In this document: piece by piece, positions 8,309-17,817 of the stretch
Numbering within the stretch: the stretch's first letter is position 1
Layout of the letters: each line of letters begins with the position of its first letter
Source of the DNA: Rhodothermus sp.
Lineage (GTDB): Bacteria > Bacteroidota > Rhodothermia > Rhodothermales > Rhodothermaceae
DNA: 64,000 nucleotides
NCBI GenBank assembly: GCA_026989375.1
Contig: JALSJJ010000074.1
Span: forward strand, 4,850-68,849
Direction: 5' to 3'
Notes under the pieces: model-generated
Databases searched by the model: none
What the model was told of the DNA's origin: nothing
Seen by the model: the letters and a program-made list of their open reading frames with translations, nothing else
Translations under genes and position numbers: made by a program

Positions 8309-10527
8309 ACGGCTATGAATTGATACGGGAGCGTCTGGAGGCCCGCCGTAATCCGGCGAGGCTCAGCCGTCGGGACTTCCTGAAAGTAGGCATGGCCGCC
8401 ACGGGGGGGCTGTTGATCGGGCGTCTGGTGCCGCATAGCGGGCAGGTACATGCAGCAGCCCTCGTAGAACTGAATCCTTATGTGCAGATCGACCCGGACG
8501 GTACGGTTCGCATCTATGTCCCGAAGTCCGAGATGGGACAGGGCGTGCGCACCACACTGGCGCTGCTGATCGCCGAAGAATTAGACGCCGACTGGGAGCA
8601 GGTGCGCGTCGAGCAGGCCCCGCTGGACCCGAAGTATGGCAACCAGGGAACGGGGGGTAGCAGCAGCGTGCGCACGCGCTGGCAGGAGCTGCGCGAGGCT
8701 GGTGCCATGGCCCGGGCGCTGCTTGTCGAGGCCGCCGCTCGGCGCTGGAACGTCAAGCCTTCCCACTGCCGCACCGAAAAAGGCCGCGTGCTGCATCCGA
8801 ACGGTCGTGACGCCCTGAGCTATGGCGAGCTGGCGACTGAAGCAGCTCGGCTGGAGCCACCGGCTTCAGTCCGCCTGAAGGATCCGGCCGACTTCCGGCT
8901 GATCGGCCATTCCCAAAGTAGCGTGGACATCCCTGACATCGTCACGGGACAGGCTACCTACGGCATCGACGTGCGCGTGCCGGGCATGCTGGTGGCCAGC
9001 GTAGAGCGGTGTCCGTACGTGGCCGGTCGGCTGCTCCGGTACGACGATACGTCCGCTCGTCAGATCCCCGGCGTGCGTGCGGTCGTCGAGGTGCCGGCTA
9101 TTGGTGACGATGTGCACGTTCGGCCGGGCGTGGCGGTGGTGGCCGAGCATACGTGGGCGGCGATGAAAGGACGACAGGCGCTGCAGGTCGAATGGGAGCC
9201 CGGCGATACCGATCGGCACCACTCGGCGGCCTACCTGGAGCAAATGCAGGCGCTTATAGCCGAACCGGGACAGGTGGTGCGTGAACGGGGCGCGGTGGAG
9301 GAGGCCCTGGCGCAGGGGAACCGGCGTGTCGAAGCGACCTATGCCCTGCCTTTCCTGGCGCATGCGCCCATGGAGCCCATGAATGCAACGGCGCACGTTG
9401 AAGGCGACCGGTGTACGATCTGGGCGCCTGTGCAGATTCCGGCCTGGGCAGCCCGTGCGACTGCCCGTGCTCTGGGCATTCCCGAGCGGAACGTGCGCGT
9501 CTTTATCACGCTGCTGGGGGGTGGCTTTGGACGCCGCCTGAACCCGGACTATGCCGTCGAAGCCGCGCTGATCTCAAAGGCCGTGGGAGCTCCTGTTCAG
9601 GTGGTCTGGACACGTGAGGACGACCTGCAATTCGATTTCTATCGTCCCATGGCCGTGCACCGCATCCAGGCCGCCCTGGACGCCGACGGACGGCCGCTGG
9701 CCTGGTACCACCGTCTTGTTTCCACGTCGATCCGGGCCACGCTGCAGGGACCCGATGCCCCCGAACAGCACCGCTCGGAAATCGGAGGCGCCGATCTGCT
9801 TCCGTATCGCGTGCCGAACTGGCGGCTCGAGTATCGGCCGTTCCAGAGTCCGCTGCCGCGCGGCTGGTGGCGCTCGGTCGATCACACGCACACGGCCTTT
9901 GCGGTCGAAAGCTTCATCGACGAGCTGGCAGCCGCGGCCGGACGCGATCCGCTGGCCTATCGCCTGGAACTGTTCGATATGGATGCCCGCACCGACGGGC
10001 CATACGGCTACGATCCGGTTCGATTGCGGCGGGTGCTGGAGCTGGCAGCCGAAAAGGCCGGTTGGGGACGAACGCTTCCCGAGGGCCACGCGCTGGGCAT
10101 TGCCTGCCACTGGTCGTTTGCCAGCTATGCCGCTGAGGTGGTCGAGGCGTCTGTGGACGACAACGGCCAGGTGCGCGTGCATCGCGTGGTCGCCGCGATC
10201 GACTGCGGCCGCGTCGTCAACCCGAGCGGTGCCGAAGCCCAGGTAATCGGTGGCGTACTCGATGGCCTCTGGACGGCACTCAAGGCCGAGATTGTGCTGG
10301 AAAACGGTCGCGTTGCCGCGACGAACTTCGATACCTACCCGCTGCTTCGCCAGAACGAGATCCCTCCAGTGATCACGGTCCATTTTGTGCAAAGCGATGC
10401 CGCGCCCACCGGCCTGGGTGAGCCTCCGGTACCACCCGTGGCTCCCGCGCTGGCCAATGCGGTCTACGCGGCAACAGGCCGCCGCATTCGCCAACTTCCT
10501 ATCCGGGCCGAGATGCTGCGCGGATGA
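8305..10527 (+). CDS. Molybdopterin-binding large subunit, isoquinoline 1-oxidoreductase beta (IorB)-like, Tat-exported
   Basis: SRRDFLK Tat motif; [21 protein letters not shown] and [17 protein letters not shown] motifs; ATGA overlap with the small subunit stop. Confidence 0.92.
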   Translation: MNGYELIRERLEARRNPARLSRRDFLKVGMAATGGLLIGRLVPHSGQVHAAALVELNPYVQIDPDGTVRIYVPKSEMGQGVRTTLALLIAEELDADWEQVRVEQAPLDPKYGNQGTGGSSSVRTRWQELREAGAMARALLVEAAARRWNVKPSHCRTEKGRVLHPNGRDALSYGELATEAARLEPPASVRLKDPADFRLIGHSQSSVDIPDIVTGQATYGIDVRVPGMLVASVERCPYVAGRLLRYDDTSARQIPGVRAVVEVPAIGDDVHVRPGVAVVAEHTWAAMKGRQALQVEWEPGDTDRHHSAAYLEQMQALIAEPGQVVRERGAVEEALAQGNRRVEATYALPFLAHAPMEPMNATAHVEGDRCTIWAPVQIPAWAARATARALGIPERNVRVFITLLGGGFGRRLNPDYAVEAALISKAVGAPVQVVWTREDDLQFDFYRPMAVHRIQAALDADGRPLAWYHRLVSTSIRATLQGPDAPEQHRSEIGGADLLPYRVPNWRLEYRPFQSPLPRGWWRSVDHTHTAFAVESFIDELAAAAGRDPLAYRLELFDMDARTDGPYGYDPVRLRRVLELAAEKAGWGRTLPEGHALGIACHWSFASYAAEVVEASVDDNGQVRVHRVVAAIDCGRVVNPSGAEAQVIGGVLDGLWTALKAEIVLENGRVAATNFDTYPLLRQNEIPPVITVHFVQSDAAPTGLGEPPVPPVAPALANAVYAATGRRIRQLPIRAEMLRG

Positions 10528-10533
10528 GGAAGC

Positions 10534-11124
10534 TCAGAAGTCGCCTTCGCGGGCATAGGGATAGCTCCATAGCACCACCTGCAGCGTAACGGCCTTGAAC
10601 CAGGCCTGGTGCATTTTTTCTACTACGTCCGGTGGATGCCCCTTACGGGCCAGAAAGTCACGCATGGTTAGGGTGATGGGCACAATGAAGGCGATCAGAT
10701 AACGCAGCGGAATGTGCAGAGGCGCTGCAACCCCGTCGGTCTGGTTCTTCTTGGTCCGGTGATGCCGGAGACCGATTTCCATCTGGTAGTTGAGCCAGTC
10801 CTGATTGTACGGACGCCGGCAGGTATCCAGAATCCACTGACCAAAGCGCGCCCGCACCCGTTCCAGGTACTCCGGGATGGGACGACCGTCAGGGCCCTGA
10901 AAGTAATAGATCAGATGCGGATGGCTGCCCACAAAGCCGTACCATAGATCCAGTACGGCCTCAATCTGATCTTCCAGCACGTCGCCGGCCATGCGCAGGT
11001 AGCGCACGTCTTCGTCAGTAAAGAGTACGGTCTGTTTGAGTCGGGCAAAGTCTTCCATGGAGAGCGGCGAACGAGCTACGTCAGGCTGTCCGTAGGTATA
11101 GCCGGGAATCGTCTGCGTGGCCAT
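10534..11124 (-). CDS. Protoglobin (single-domain archaeal-type globin)
   Basis: IPGYTYG N-terminal loop, WYGFVGSHPHL, EIGLRHHRTKKNQTD (proximal His) and QAWFKA...LWSYPY..GDF match the Methanosarcina protoglobin as I recall it. Confidence 0.92.
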   Translation of the reverse strand: MATQTIPGYTYGQPDVARSPLSMEDFARLKQTVLFTDEDVRYLRMAGDVLEDQIEAVLDLWYGFVGSHPHLIYYFQGPDGRPIPEYLERVRARFGQWILDTCRRPYNQDWLNYQMEIGLRHHRTKKNQTDGVAAPLHIPLRYLIAFIVPITLTMRDFLARKGHPPDVVEKMHQAWFKAVTLQVVLWSYPYAREGDF

Positions 11125-11210
11125 GGCTGCTTCGTGGTTGGTGCAACTTGCTATCGGAAAGCTTAACACTTTATCTTCAATAAGTGAAATATTTTGAATT
11201 TCTAATCATG

Positions 11211-11225
11211 ATAACATTTTCTTAT
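11211..11225. promoter_or_regulatory. LysR-type operator (T-N11-A, ATAA-N7-TTAT dyad)
   Basis: ATAACATTTTCTTAT lies in the AT-rich divergent gap and overlaps the LysR start codon; a second ATAAG half-site is at 11180-11184. Confidence 0.6.
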
Positions 11226-12132
11226 GGAGCTACGGGCATTGCGATACCTGTTGGCGGTGGCCGAGGCAGGGAACTTCACGCGGGCAGCCGAGCGCTGTTT
11301 TGTTTCGCAGCCGGCCCTTTCGCAGCAGATTCGCAAGCTGGAGGAGGAGCTGGGCGAGGTGCTTGTGGATCGGTCGCTGACGCCGGTCCGGCTGACGGCA
11401 GCCGGTGAGGTAGTGGTGGCCCATGCGCGGCGCGTGCTGGCCGAGCTGGCGGCCATGCGTGTAGCGCTGGACGAGCTGCAGGGGTTGCAGCGCGGGCACC
11501 TGGTCATTGGGGCCGTCCAGACGGTGCGCACGTACTTGATGCCCTATGCCGTGACCACCTTTGCCCGCACCTATCCCGAGGTGCGGCTGCAGGTGCTGGA
11601 GCTGCCGGCCGACGACGTGGAAGCCGGGGTGCTGGAAGGGTGCTTTCACCTGGGATTAAGCTTTGTGCCGACCGTGCAGGAGGGACTGGATGCAGATCCG
11701 TTGTTTACAGAGGAGCTGGTAGTGATCGTACCGCCCGACCATCCGCTGGCCGGCCAGCACGTAGCGTCGCTGGAGGCTCTGGCGCGGACGCCGCTGGCCC
11801 TGTTGCCGGCCACGTATTGCACCCGACGGTTGTGGGATCGGTGGGCGCAAGACGTGGGCCTGCAACCCGAGATCAGCCTGGAGATGAATACCATCGAAGG
11901 GCTGCTGTATGCGGTCCGGACGCTGGGCATGGCGACGGTGTTACCCGCCCTGACGCTGCATCTTGAGATCGCGCATAATTTGCGGGCCGTGCGGCTTCCG
12001 AAGCCGCTGTGCCGTACGGTGGGCGTCATTTATCGCAGGGGGGCATATCGTTGCCTGGCCGCGCGGGCTTTTGAAGACGTGTTGCGCGCCTGGAGCAGAA
12101 AGGTGCGGAACGGACAGGCGACTGCTGCGTGA
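11224..12132 (+). CDS. LysR-family regulator, CynR-like
   Basis: HTH NFTRAAERCFVSQPALSQQIRKLEEELG; effector domain segments (PLFTEELVVIV, YCTRR, EMNTIE) resemble E. coli CynR by eye. Confidence 0.9.
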   Translation: MELRALRYLLAVAEAGNFTRAAERCFVSQPALSQQIRKLEEELGEVLVDRSLTPVRLTAAGEVVVAHARRVLAELAAMRVALDELQGLQRGHLVIGAVQTVRTYLMPYAVTTFARTYPEVRLQVLELPADDVEAGVLEGCFHLGLSFVPTVQEGLDADPLFTEELVVIVPPDHPLAGQHVASLEALARTPLALLPATYCTRRLWDRWAQDVGLQPEISLEMNTIEGLLYAVRTLGMATVLPALTLHLEIAHNLRAVRLPKPLCRTVGVIYRRGAYRCLAARAFEDVLRAWSRKVRNGQATAA

Positions 12133-13091
12133 AGGAGGCCGTCTCTGCAAAGCCGGAACGTAACGACACCATGGCGGACGGATTCGGTTCGACGGCTTCG
12201 GTGCCGGCACTGCCGCGCTGGCGCATCTGGGTGCTGGCGGCGCGCCCCAAGACGCTGGCGGCAGCCGTAGCGCCGGTGCTGATGGGCACGGCCATGGCCT
12301 GGGCTGATGAAGGCTTCCATTGGCCTTCGGCGTTGCTGGCCCTGATCGGAGCCCTGCTCATTCAGATCGGGACAAACTTTGCCAACGATTACGCCGACTA
12401 CCTGAAGGGAGCCGATACGGCCACGCGCAAAGGGCCACTTCGGGTAACGGCGGCCGGCCTGGTAACGCCAGAGGCCATGCGGCGGGCTACGGCGCTGACG
12501 TTTGCGCTGGCCGTTGTGGCCGGACTTTACCTGATCTGGCGGGGCGGATGGCCGGTGCTGGCTATTGGAGTGCTTTCGATCCTCTTTGGCATCCTGTACA
12601 CGAGCGGGCGCTATGCGCTGGCCTATCTGGGACTGGGCGAGCTTTTCGTGCTCATCTTCTTCGGACCGGTGGCTGTGGGCGGTACCTATTACGTGCAGAC
12701 GCTCGCCATTACGGGGGAGGTGCTGCTGATGGGGTTGGCGCCGGGGCTGATTTCGACGGGCATCTTGCTGGTGAACAATGTGCGGGACATAGAGGAAGAT
12801 CGGCAAGCCGGGAAGCGAACGCCTGTGGTGCGCTTCGGACGCACCTTCGGGGTGGTGCTGTATGCTTGCTGCTTGCTGGGAGCGCTCTTGCTGCCGGTCG
12901 TCTGGTACCTGCTGACCTATCGGCATGGCGGTGCGATGGCCGTTCTGGCGTTGCTACCGGTCAGTGTACGCGCCATCTGGACGCTGGCGCGGGAGCGGGA
13001 GGGCACGGTGCTGAACGCGCTGCTGGCCGCTACCGGACGTCTGCTGCTGCTCTACAGTCTGCTGTTTTCGCTTGGGTGGATCCTGACCTGA
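12129..13091 (+). CDS. menA: 1,4-dihydroxy-2-naphthoate polyprenyltransferase
   Basis: AARPKTL, QIGTNFANDYADYLKGAD and NNVRDIEEDRQAGKRT UbiA-family motifs. Start GTG 12129 or ATG 12171. Confidence 0.93.
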   Translation: MKEAVSAKPERNDTMADGFGSTASVPALPRWRIWVLAARPKTLAAAVAPVLMGTAMAWADEGFHWPSALLALIGALLIQIGTNFANDYADYLKGADTATRKGPLRVTAAGLVTPEAMRRATALTFALAVVAGLYLIWRGGWPVLAIGVLSILFGILYTSGRYALAYLGLGELFVLIFFGPVAVGGTYYVQTLAITGEVLLMGLAPGLISTGILLVNNVRDIEEDRQAGKRTPVVRFGRTFGVVLYACCLLGALLLPVVWYLLTYRHGGAMAVLALLPVSVRAIWTLAREREGTVLNALLAATGRLLLLYSLLFSLGWILT

Positions 13092-13098
13092 TGCTGCG

Positions 13099-14178
13099 AT
13101 GCCCGGGGTTTCCTGGCGCCTGTTTCGTTTTGCATTGCCGCTGCGGGTGCCGCTTCCGTCAGGGGCCAGGGTGCGGCAGGGCTGGTTGGTACAGGTTCGG
13201 CAGGCGGAGGCGGTCGGATGGGGAGAAGTGGCGCCGCTTCCAGGCTTCAGCCGCGAGACGCTCGAGGAAGCCGGCCGGATTCTGCGGGATCAATTGCCCC
13301 GTCTGGGGTCTTTTCCACAGACAACCACCTTTACAGAATGGGCGGAAGCGATCGCGTCCCTCCCCAGAACCGTGCCTGCTTCGGTGCGGTGGGGCCTGGA
13401 GCTGGCCCTGGCGCAGTGGCAGGCCGCACGTCAGGGAAAGCGCCTGGACACCTGGCTGGCGCCTGATCCGCTGCCGGTGGTTTCGATCAATGCGCTGGTT
13501 CCACCGGACTGGCGGGAAAATCCGGAGCGACTGCATGCGATCCGGAGGGCCGGATATCGGACGGTGAAGCTGAAGGTGGGACAATACACGCCGGAGGAAG
13601 CCGTGCAGTGCGTGCGGCTACTGCGCGAAGTGCTGGGACCGACGGTGGCGTTGCGGGTGGATGCGAATCGGGCCTGGTCACTGCGTGAAGCGCTGGCGTT
13701 TGCTGAGGCGGTGGCCGATCAGGGGATTGCCTACATTGAGGAACCCCTGCGCGATCCGGCGCAACTGCAGGCGTTTGTGCGACAGAGTTCGGTGCCGGTT
13801 GCCCTGGATGAGACGCTGGCTGAGCAACCGGAAACACCGCTGCATCACTGGGAAGGGGTGGCGGCTGTGATCCTGAAGCCGGCCCTGATCGGTGGGCTGT
13901 GGCACGCCTGGCAGCGGGCGCGGGAAGCAGAGGTGCTGGGGATGCAGGTGGTCTGGAGTGCGGCCTTCGAGACCGGGATTGGCACCCGCGGCCTGCTGGC
14001 GCTGGCGGCCGCTTCTCGCAGCACAACCGCGGCTGGACTGGATCCGTACCACTGGCTGGCCGACGACGTGGTACATCCCCGGCTGGCGCTGCAGCCAGCG
14101 ACCCCCGTGACCGAAGCGCTGACTGGACCCTGGCAACCCAACCCGGACGTACTGGAGGAGATCGATGTCGGCGCATGA
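13099..14178 (+). CDS. menC: o-succinylbenzoate synthase
   Basis: Enolase superfamily: GEVAPLPGFS, KLKVG, LRVDANRAW, YIEEP, ALDE, ILKP. Confidence 0.92.
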   Translation: MPGVSWRLFRFALPLRVPLPSGARVRQGWLVQVRQAEAVGWGEVAPLPGFSRETLEEAGRILRDQLPRLGSFPQTTTFTEWAEAIASLPRTVPASVRWGLELALAQWQAARQGKRLDTWLAPDPLPVVSINALVPPDWRENPERLHAIRRAGYRTVKLKVGQYTPEEAVQCVRLLREVLGPTVALRVDANRAWSLREALAFAEAVADQGIAYIEEPLRDPAQLQAFVRQSSVPVALDETLAEQPETPLHHWEGVAAVILKPALIGGLWHAWQRAREAEVLGMQVVWSAAFETGIGTRGLLALAAASRSTTAAGLDPYHWLADDVVHPRLALQPATPVTEALTGPWQPNPDVLEEIDVGA

Positions 14179-15610
14179 GATCACTTGTCCACTCTTTCGG
14201 TGGAGCAGCCAGATGCCGGATCGGCCGGTGCTCTGGTTGCCATCAGGGCCTCTTACGGCAGCGGACCTGGAGCAGCAGGTGCGCAGGGTTGTCGCGCGAC
14301 TGCAGCGCGAAGGAGTCGGGGCAGGGGATCGGATCGGGCTCTGGCTGGAGGATCCGGTGGCTACGATTGTCTGCCTGCTGGCGCTCTGGCGGCTTCGGGC
14401 CGTGGCCTGTCTGGTAAGCACGCGTATGCCATCCGGCGGACTTGACGAACTGGTTCTGCAAATTGGACTGCAGGCACTGATTACCGATCGTCCCTCATCG
14501 ACAACGTTGCCCTGCTGGCATCCTGAAAATCTGGCGGAGGGTAGGCCAGAGGCGGTAGAAGCGGTTCCGCGACTGGCGCTGGAGCAGGAGGCCACGGTCT
14601 TTTTTACCTCGGGCAGCACAGGCGTGCCTAAAGGCGTATTGCATACAATTGGCAACCATATCTACAGTGCGCGAGGCGTGATACAGCACCTACGGGTACA
14701 GGCTGGCGATCGCTGGTTGCTGGTACTACCGCTTTATCATGTGGGAGGAATGGGGGTGGTTCTGCGTTGTCTGCTGGCCGGCGCAGAAATCGTGATTCCG
14801 GAGCGTCAGGAGCCGCTGGGGCAGGCGCTCACGCGTTATGCGCCCACGCATGTTTCGCTGGTGCATACGCAGCTCTGGCGTCTGCTTCGCGATTTTCGGG
14901 AGGCGCCGCCGCGCGCGTTGCGAGCGGTTTTGCTGGGAGGCAGTGCCATTCCGGAAGCGGTGCTTCAGGAAGGCGTAGCCCGCGGATGGCCGTTGCGCAC
15001 CAGTTACGGCCTGACGGAAATGGCGTCAACGGTTACGGTGACGCCGGCCGGGGCTTCGCTGGCATTGCTGCGGACGGCCGGGCAGGTGTTGCCCTATCGG
15101 GCTGTAAAGATCGGAGCGGACGGCGCCATTCTGGTGCGTGGCCCGGTGCGGTTTGTCGGGTATCTGGAGCGAGGGCAGCTACAGCAGCCTTTTGACGAGG
15201 CTGGCTGGTTTGACACCGGTGACCTGGGCTGGTTGGATGAGCAGGGCCTGTTGCACGTCGCGGGGCGCCGTGACAACCGGTTTATTTCGGGTGGGGAAAA
15301 TATTCAACCTGAGGCGATCGAGCAGGCGCTGCAGCGTCTGACCGGCATTGCTGAGGCCGTTGTGGTGCCGGTTCCGGATCCGGAGTTTGGCCAGCGACCG
15401 GCTGCTTTTGTGCGGTTAAGCGACGCGGCACTATGGGCACCTGAACGCTGGCGAACGCAATTGCGCCGGGAGTTGCCGGGCTTCATGGTGCCGGTTGCGT
15501 TCTGGCCCTGGCCCGAGGAGAGGGCCGAAGGGATCAAACCGTCGCGTCGCTGGCTGCAGGAAGAAGCACGGCGCCGGTGGCGGGCATCCCATCCGAATCG
15601 CATGGATTGA
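14165..15610 (+). CDS. menE: o-succinylbenzoate-CoA ligase
   Basis: FTSGSTGVPKG, LPLYHVGG, SYGLTE, TGDLG and GRRDNRFISGGENI adenylation motifs. Confidence 0.92.
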   Translation: MSAHEITCPLFRWSSQMPDRPVLWLPSGPLTAADLEQQVRRVVARLQREGVGAGDRIGLWLEDPVATIVCLLALWRLRAVACLVSTRMPSGGLDELVLQIGLQALITDRPSSTTLPCWHPENLAEGRPEAVEAVPRLALEQEATVFFTSGSTGVPKGVLHTIGNHIYSARGVIQHLRVQAGDRWLLVLPLYHVGGMGVVLRCLLAGAEIVIPERQEPLGQALTRYAPTHVSLVHTQLWRLLRDFREAPPRALRAVLLGGSAIPEAVLQEGVARGWPLRTSYGLTEMASTVTVTPAGASLALLRTAGQVLPYRAVKIGADGAILVRGPVRFVGYLERGQLQQPFDEAGWFDTGDLGWLDEQGLLHVAGRRDNRFISGGENIQPEAIEQALQRLTGIAEAVVVPVPDPEFGQRPAAFVRLSDAALWAPERWRTQLRRELPGFMVPVAFWPWPEERAEGIKPSRRWLQEEARRRWRASHPNRMD

Positions 15611-15687
15611 GCCCGCCTTCGAGCAGATCCCATGATGGCCGGGCCCCGTCCTTTGGAAAAGCCTGACCGTGCTCTGGTCTGGAACGA

Positions 15688-16803
15688 TCAGCTCAGGCGC
15701 TCCATCCAGAAAAAGAGAATGTCGTCGTCGAACGTGTCGGTGTTGCAGCGGCTCAGGATCCCGTCCAGCAACGTCTGCACGGGGTCTTCAGCCCCGACCA
15801 TGTGGGGGGCCAGTTCGACAAGTCCCTGTTCGCCGACCATCTCACCGCTGGCCGTGCGTTGCTCCATCAGCCCGTCCGTGTAGAGCAATAGGCCACCACC
15901 GGCCGGAATGGTTAGGGTAGTATCCTGGAAGGTGGCATTGGCATCCAGGCCCAGAATCAGATCGCTGTGTTCGACCACTTCGGCCGTCTGATGGTCTTTG
16001 ACCAGAATGGGACGACAGTGGCCGGCGTTGGCATAGGTGATTTCATGCGCGTCGGGATTCCATCGCACGATCAGGAGCGAGGCGAACGTTTCCTCCATGA
16101 CGGTATCTTGCATCAGCACGTGATTGACGCGCTGAAGCAGTTCGGCCGGCGACTGCGAGGTCTGAAGCATGGCGTAGAGCGTGCCCCGGATGTAGCTGAG
16201 AAAACTGAACGCATAGAATTTGGCATGTAGGCCTTTGCCCATTACGTCGCCGATAGTAAGGAAGAAAGCACCACTCGGATGTTGTGTCCAGTCGAAGAAA
16301 TCCCCTCCACCATATTCTTTGGGGCTGTTGTGGAAGTAGAGACGGTAGCCCGGGACGGAAGGAAGTTCTTTCGGCATAAGCTTCTGGGAGAAGTCCTGTC
16401 CGATCCGAGCGTCAAGTTGGGTCTGAAAGAACTTGGTACGTTCCAGCAGACGTTCGATCCGTGCCAGCAGTTGGTCGATGTCGAACGGTTTGGTGATGTA
16501 GTCGTCCACGCCCATGCGCATGCCGCGCATGCGGCTTTGATCGTCTGCTTTTGCCGTTAGAAAGATAAACGGAATGGCTCGGGTGTCTTTACGGGCCTGG
16601 AGGGCTTGCTGCAGGGCAAACCCATCCATCTGGGGCATCATGATGTCCGAGATGATCAGGTCGGGAATCTCCTCCAGCACCAGCTGGAGGGCCTCTTCGC
16701 CGTTGGCGGCTGAGCGTACGCGATAGTACTTACTCAGGCGGTATTCGAGCAGACGGCGAAGCGTGTGCTCATCCTCGACCACTAAAATGGAATATCGAGC
16801 CAT
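15688..16803 (-). CDS. Response regulator receiver fused to a PP2C (SpoIIE/RsbU-type) phosphatase
   Basis: REC motifs VEDE, SDIMMP, FLTAK; PP2C motifs GGDFFD, GDVMGKG, YTDG, DDD. Confidence 0.9.
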   Translation of the reverse strand: MARYSILVVEDEHTLRRLLEYRLSKYYRVRSAANGEEALQLVLEEIPDLIISDIMMPQMDGFALQQALQARKDTRAIPFIFLTAKADDQSRMRGMRMGVDDYITKPFDIDQLLARIERLLERTKFFQTQLDARIGQDFSQKLMPKELPSVPGYRLYFHNSPKEYGGGDFFDWTQHPSGAFFLTIGDVMGKGLHAKFYAFSFLSYIRGTLYAMLQTSQSPAELLQRVNHVLMQDTVMEETFASLLIVRWNPDAHEITYANAGHCRPILVKDHQTAEVVEHSDLILGLDANATFQDTTLTIPAGGGLLLYTDGLMEQRTASGEMVGEQGLVELAPHMVGAEDPVQTLLDGILSRCNTDTFDDDILFFWMERLS

Positions 16804-17231
16804 GGATCCTCGTCTTTAGCCATGGTGAAGATCAAGCGGTGCCGCCCATCTTTCAGGCGCACATAGTTAAGCTCGCGCGTGCAGGCGCGAATAAAGTGCA
16901 GGCCCATGCCTCGTTCGGGGAAAGCTTCCTGAATGGAAGGGTTGGACTTCAGGCGTCCGTTCAGGTCAAATCCTTCTGAGTTGTCGTCGATAAAACATTC
17001 TACCAGGTCACCGTTGCTGCGAATGGTGAGCTCAATGGAGGGACGTCGATTGCCAAAGCGGGCATGTTGAATTAGGTTGGCCAGCCATTCATGGATGGCC
17101 AGTTGCACCCGATACCGCATTTCCCCTTCCGGAGGAAGCGGCAGATCGGCGTCCGGTCTGGAGAAAAGCGCGTGGACCCGATCGATAAGATCTTCCAGAT
17201 TGTCGAAGCAGTAACGCACTTCTTTCATCAT
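16782..17231 (-). CDS. Anti-sigma-factor-type Ser kinase (RsbW-like HATPase)
   Basis: LAIHEWLANLIQHA N-box, DDNSEGFD G1 box, ERGMGL G2 box. Confidence 0.82.
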   Translation of the reverse strand: MMKEVRYCFDNLEDLIDRVHALFSRPDADLPLPPEGEMRYRVQLAIHEWLANLIQHARFGNRRPSIELTIRSNGDLVECFIDDNSEGFDLNGRLKSNPSIQEAFPERGMGLHFIRACTRELNYVRLKDGRHRLIFTMAKDEDPWLDIPF

Positions 17232-17293
17232 AGGTTCGGCCGCGTCCGGGTAAGGGGGATGCGCTCACCCGCAGCCGGAGCCTGTTGTGCCCG

Positions 17294-17656
17294 TCAGGCC
17301 TGCTGCAATGCTTCCTGCGCCGCCTCAACCGAGGGAAACTGGCGAAAAACCTTATACGTTCGTGTCAGCTGTACCACCACCTGCACAGGCCGGGAAACCG
17401 ATGCAAAGACCACCTGGCCATTACGCGGCGAAACTTGCCGGTACAGGGAAAAAATGGCACCCAGGCCGGTAGAGTCGAGAATGCCTGTTTCTGAAAAATC
17501 CAGAATGAAGTTGCGGACGCCTTTTTGCACCTGTTCCTGGCAGATGGCCTTGAATTCGGCCGCGTTGCGAAAGTCCAGGGCCTTGCCAATGCGAATAACG
17601 ACCGTTTCGGCGTTCAGCAGTTCAACCGTAAAACTCATGACCGACGGGTTGTGCAT
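17294..17656 (-). CDS. STAS-domain anti-anti-sigma factor (RsbV-like)
   Basis: ILDFSETGILDSTGLGAI containing the phosphoacceptor Ser. Start 17656 or 17638. Confidence 0.88.
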   Translation of the reverse strand: MHNPSVMSFTVELLNAETVVIRIGKALDFRNAAEFKAICQEQVQKGVRNFILDFSETGILDSTGLGAIFSLYRQVSPRNGQVVFASVSRPVQVVVQLTRTYKVFRQFPSVEAAQEALQQA

Positions 17657-17817
17657 CACACGTTTGGGGGCTGGTTCCGGGTGGCTTACAGTATCGACCG
17701 GTTGGGAGGCAGCTAAAGGGTACGTCTCCAAACCGACCGGGAAGGGCTTCAAACTCCATACCACCCGGCGCGTCTTTATACTACAACCTTTCTACTGAAA
17801 AAGAAAGTGCTGAGCGC

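Noticed and set aside
11125-11160. sigma54 -24/-12 promoter (TGGTGCAACTTGC)
   Set aside because: GG-to-GC spacing is 8 nt, not the required 10, and it points toward the LysR rather than the globin.
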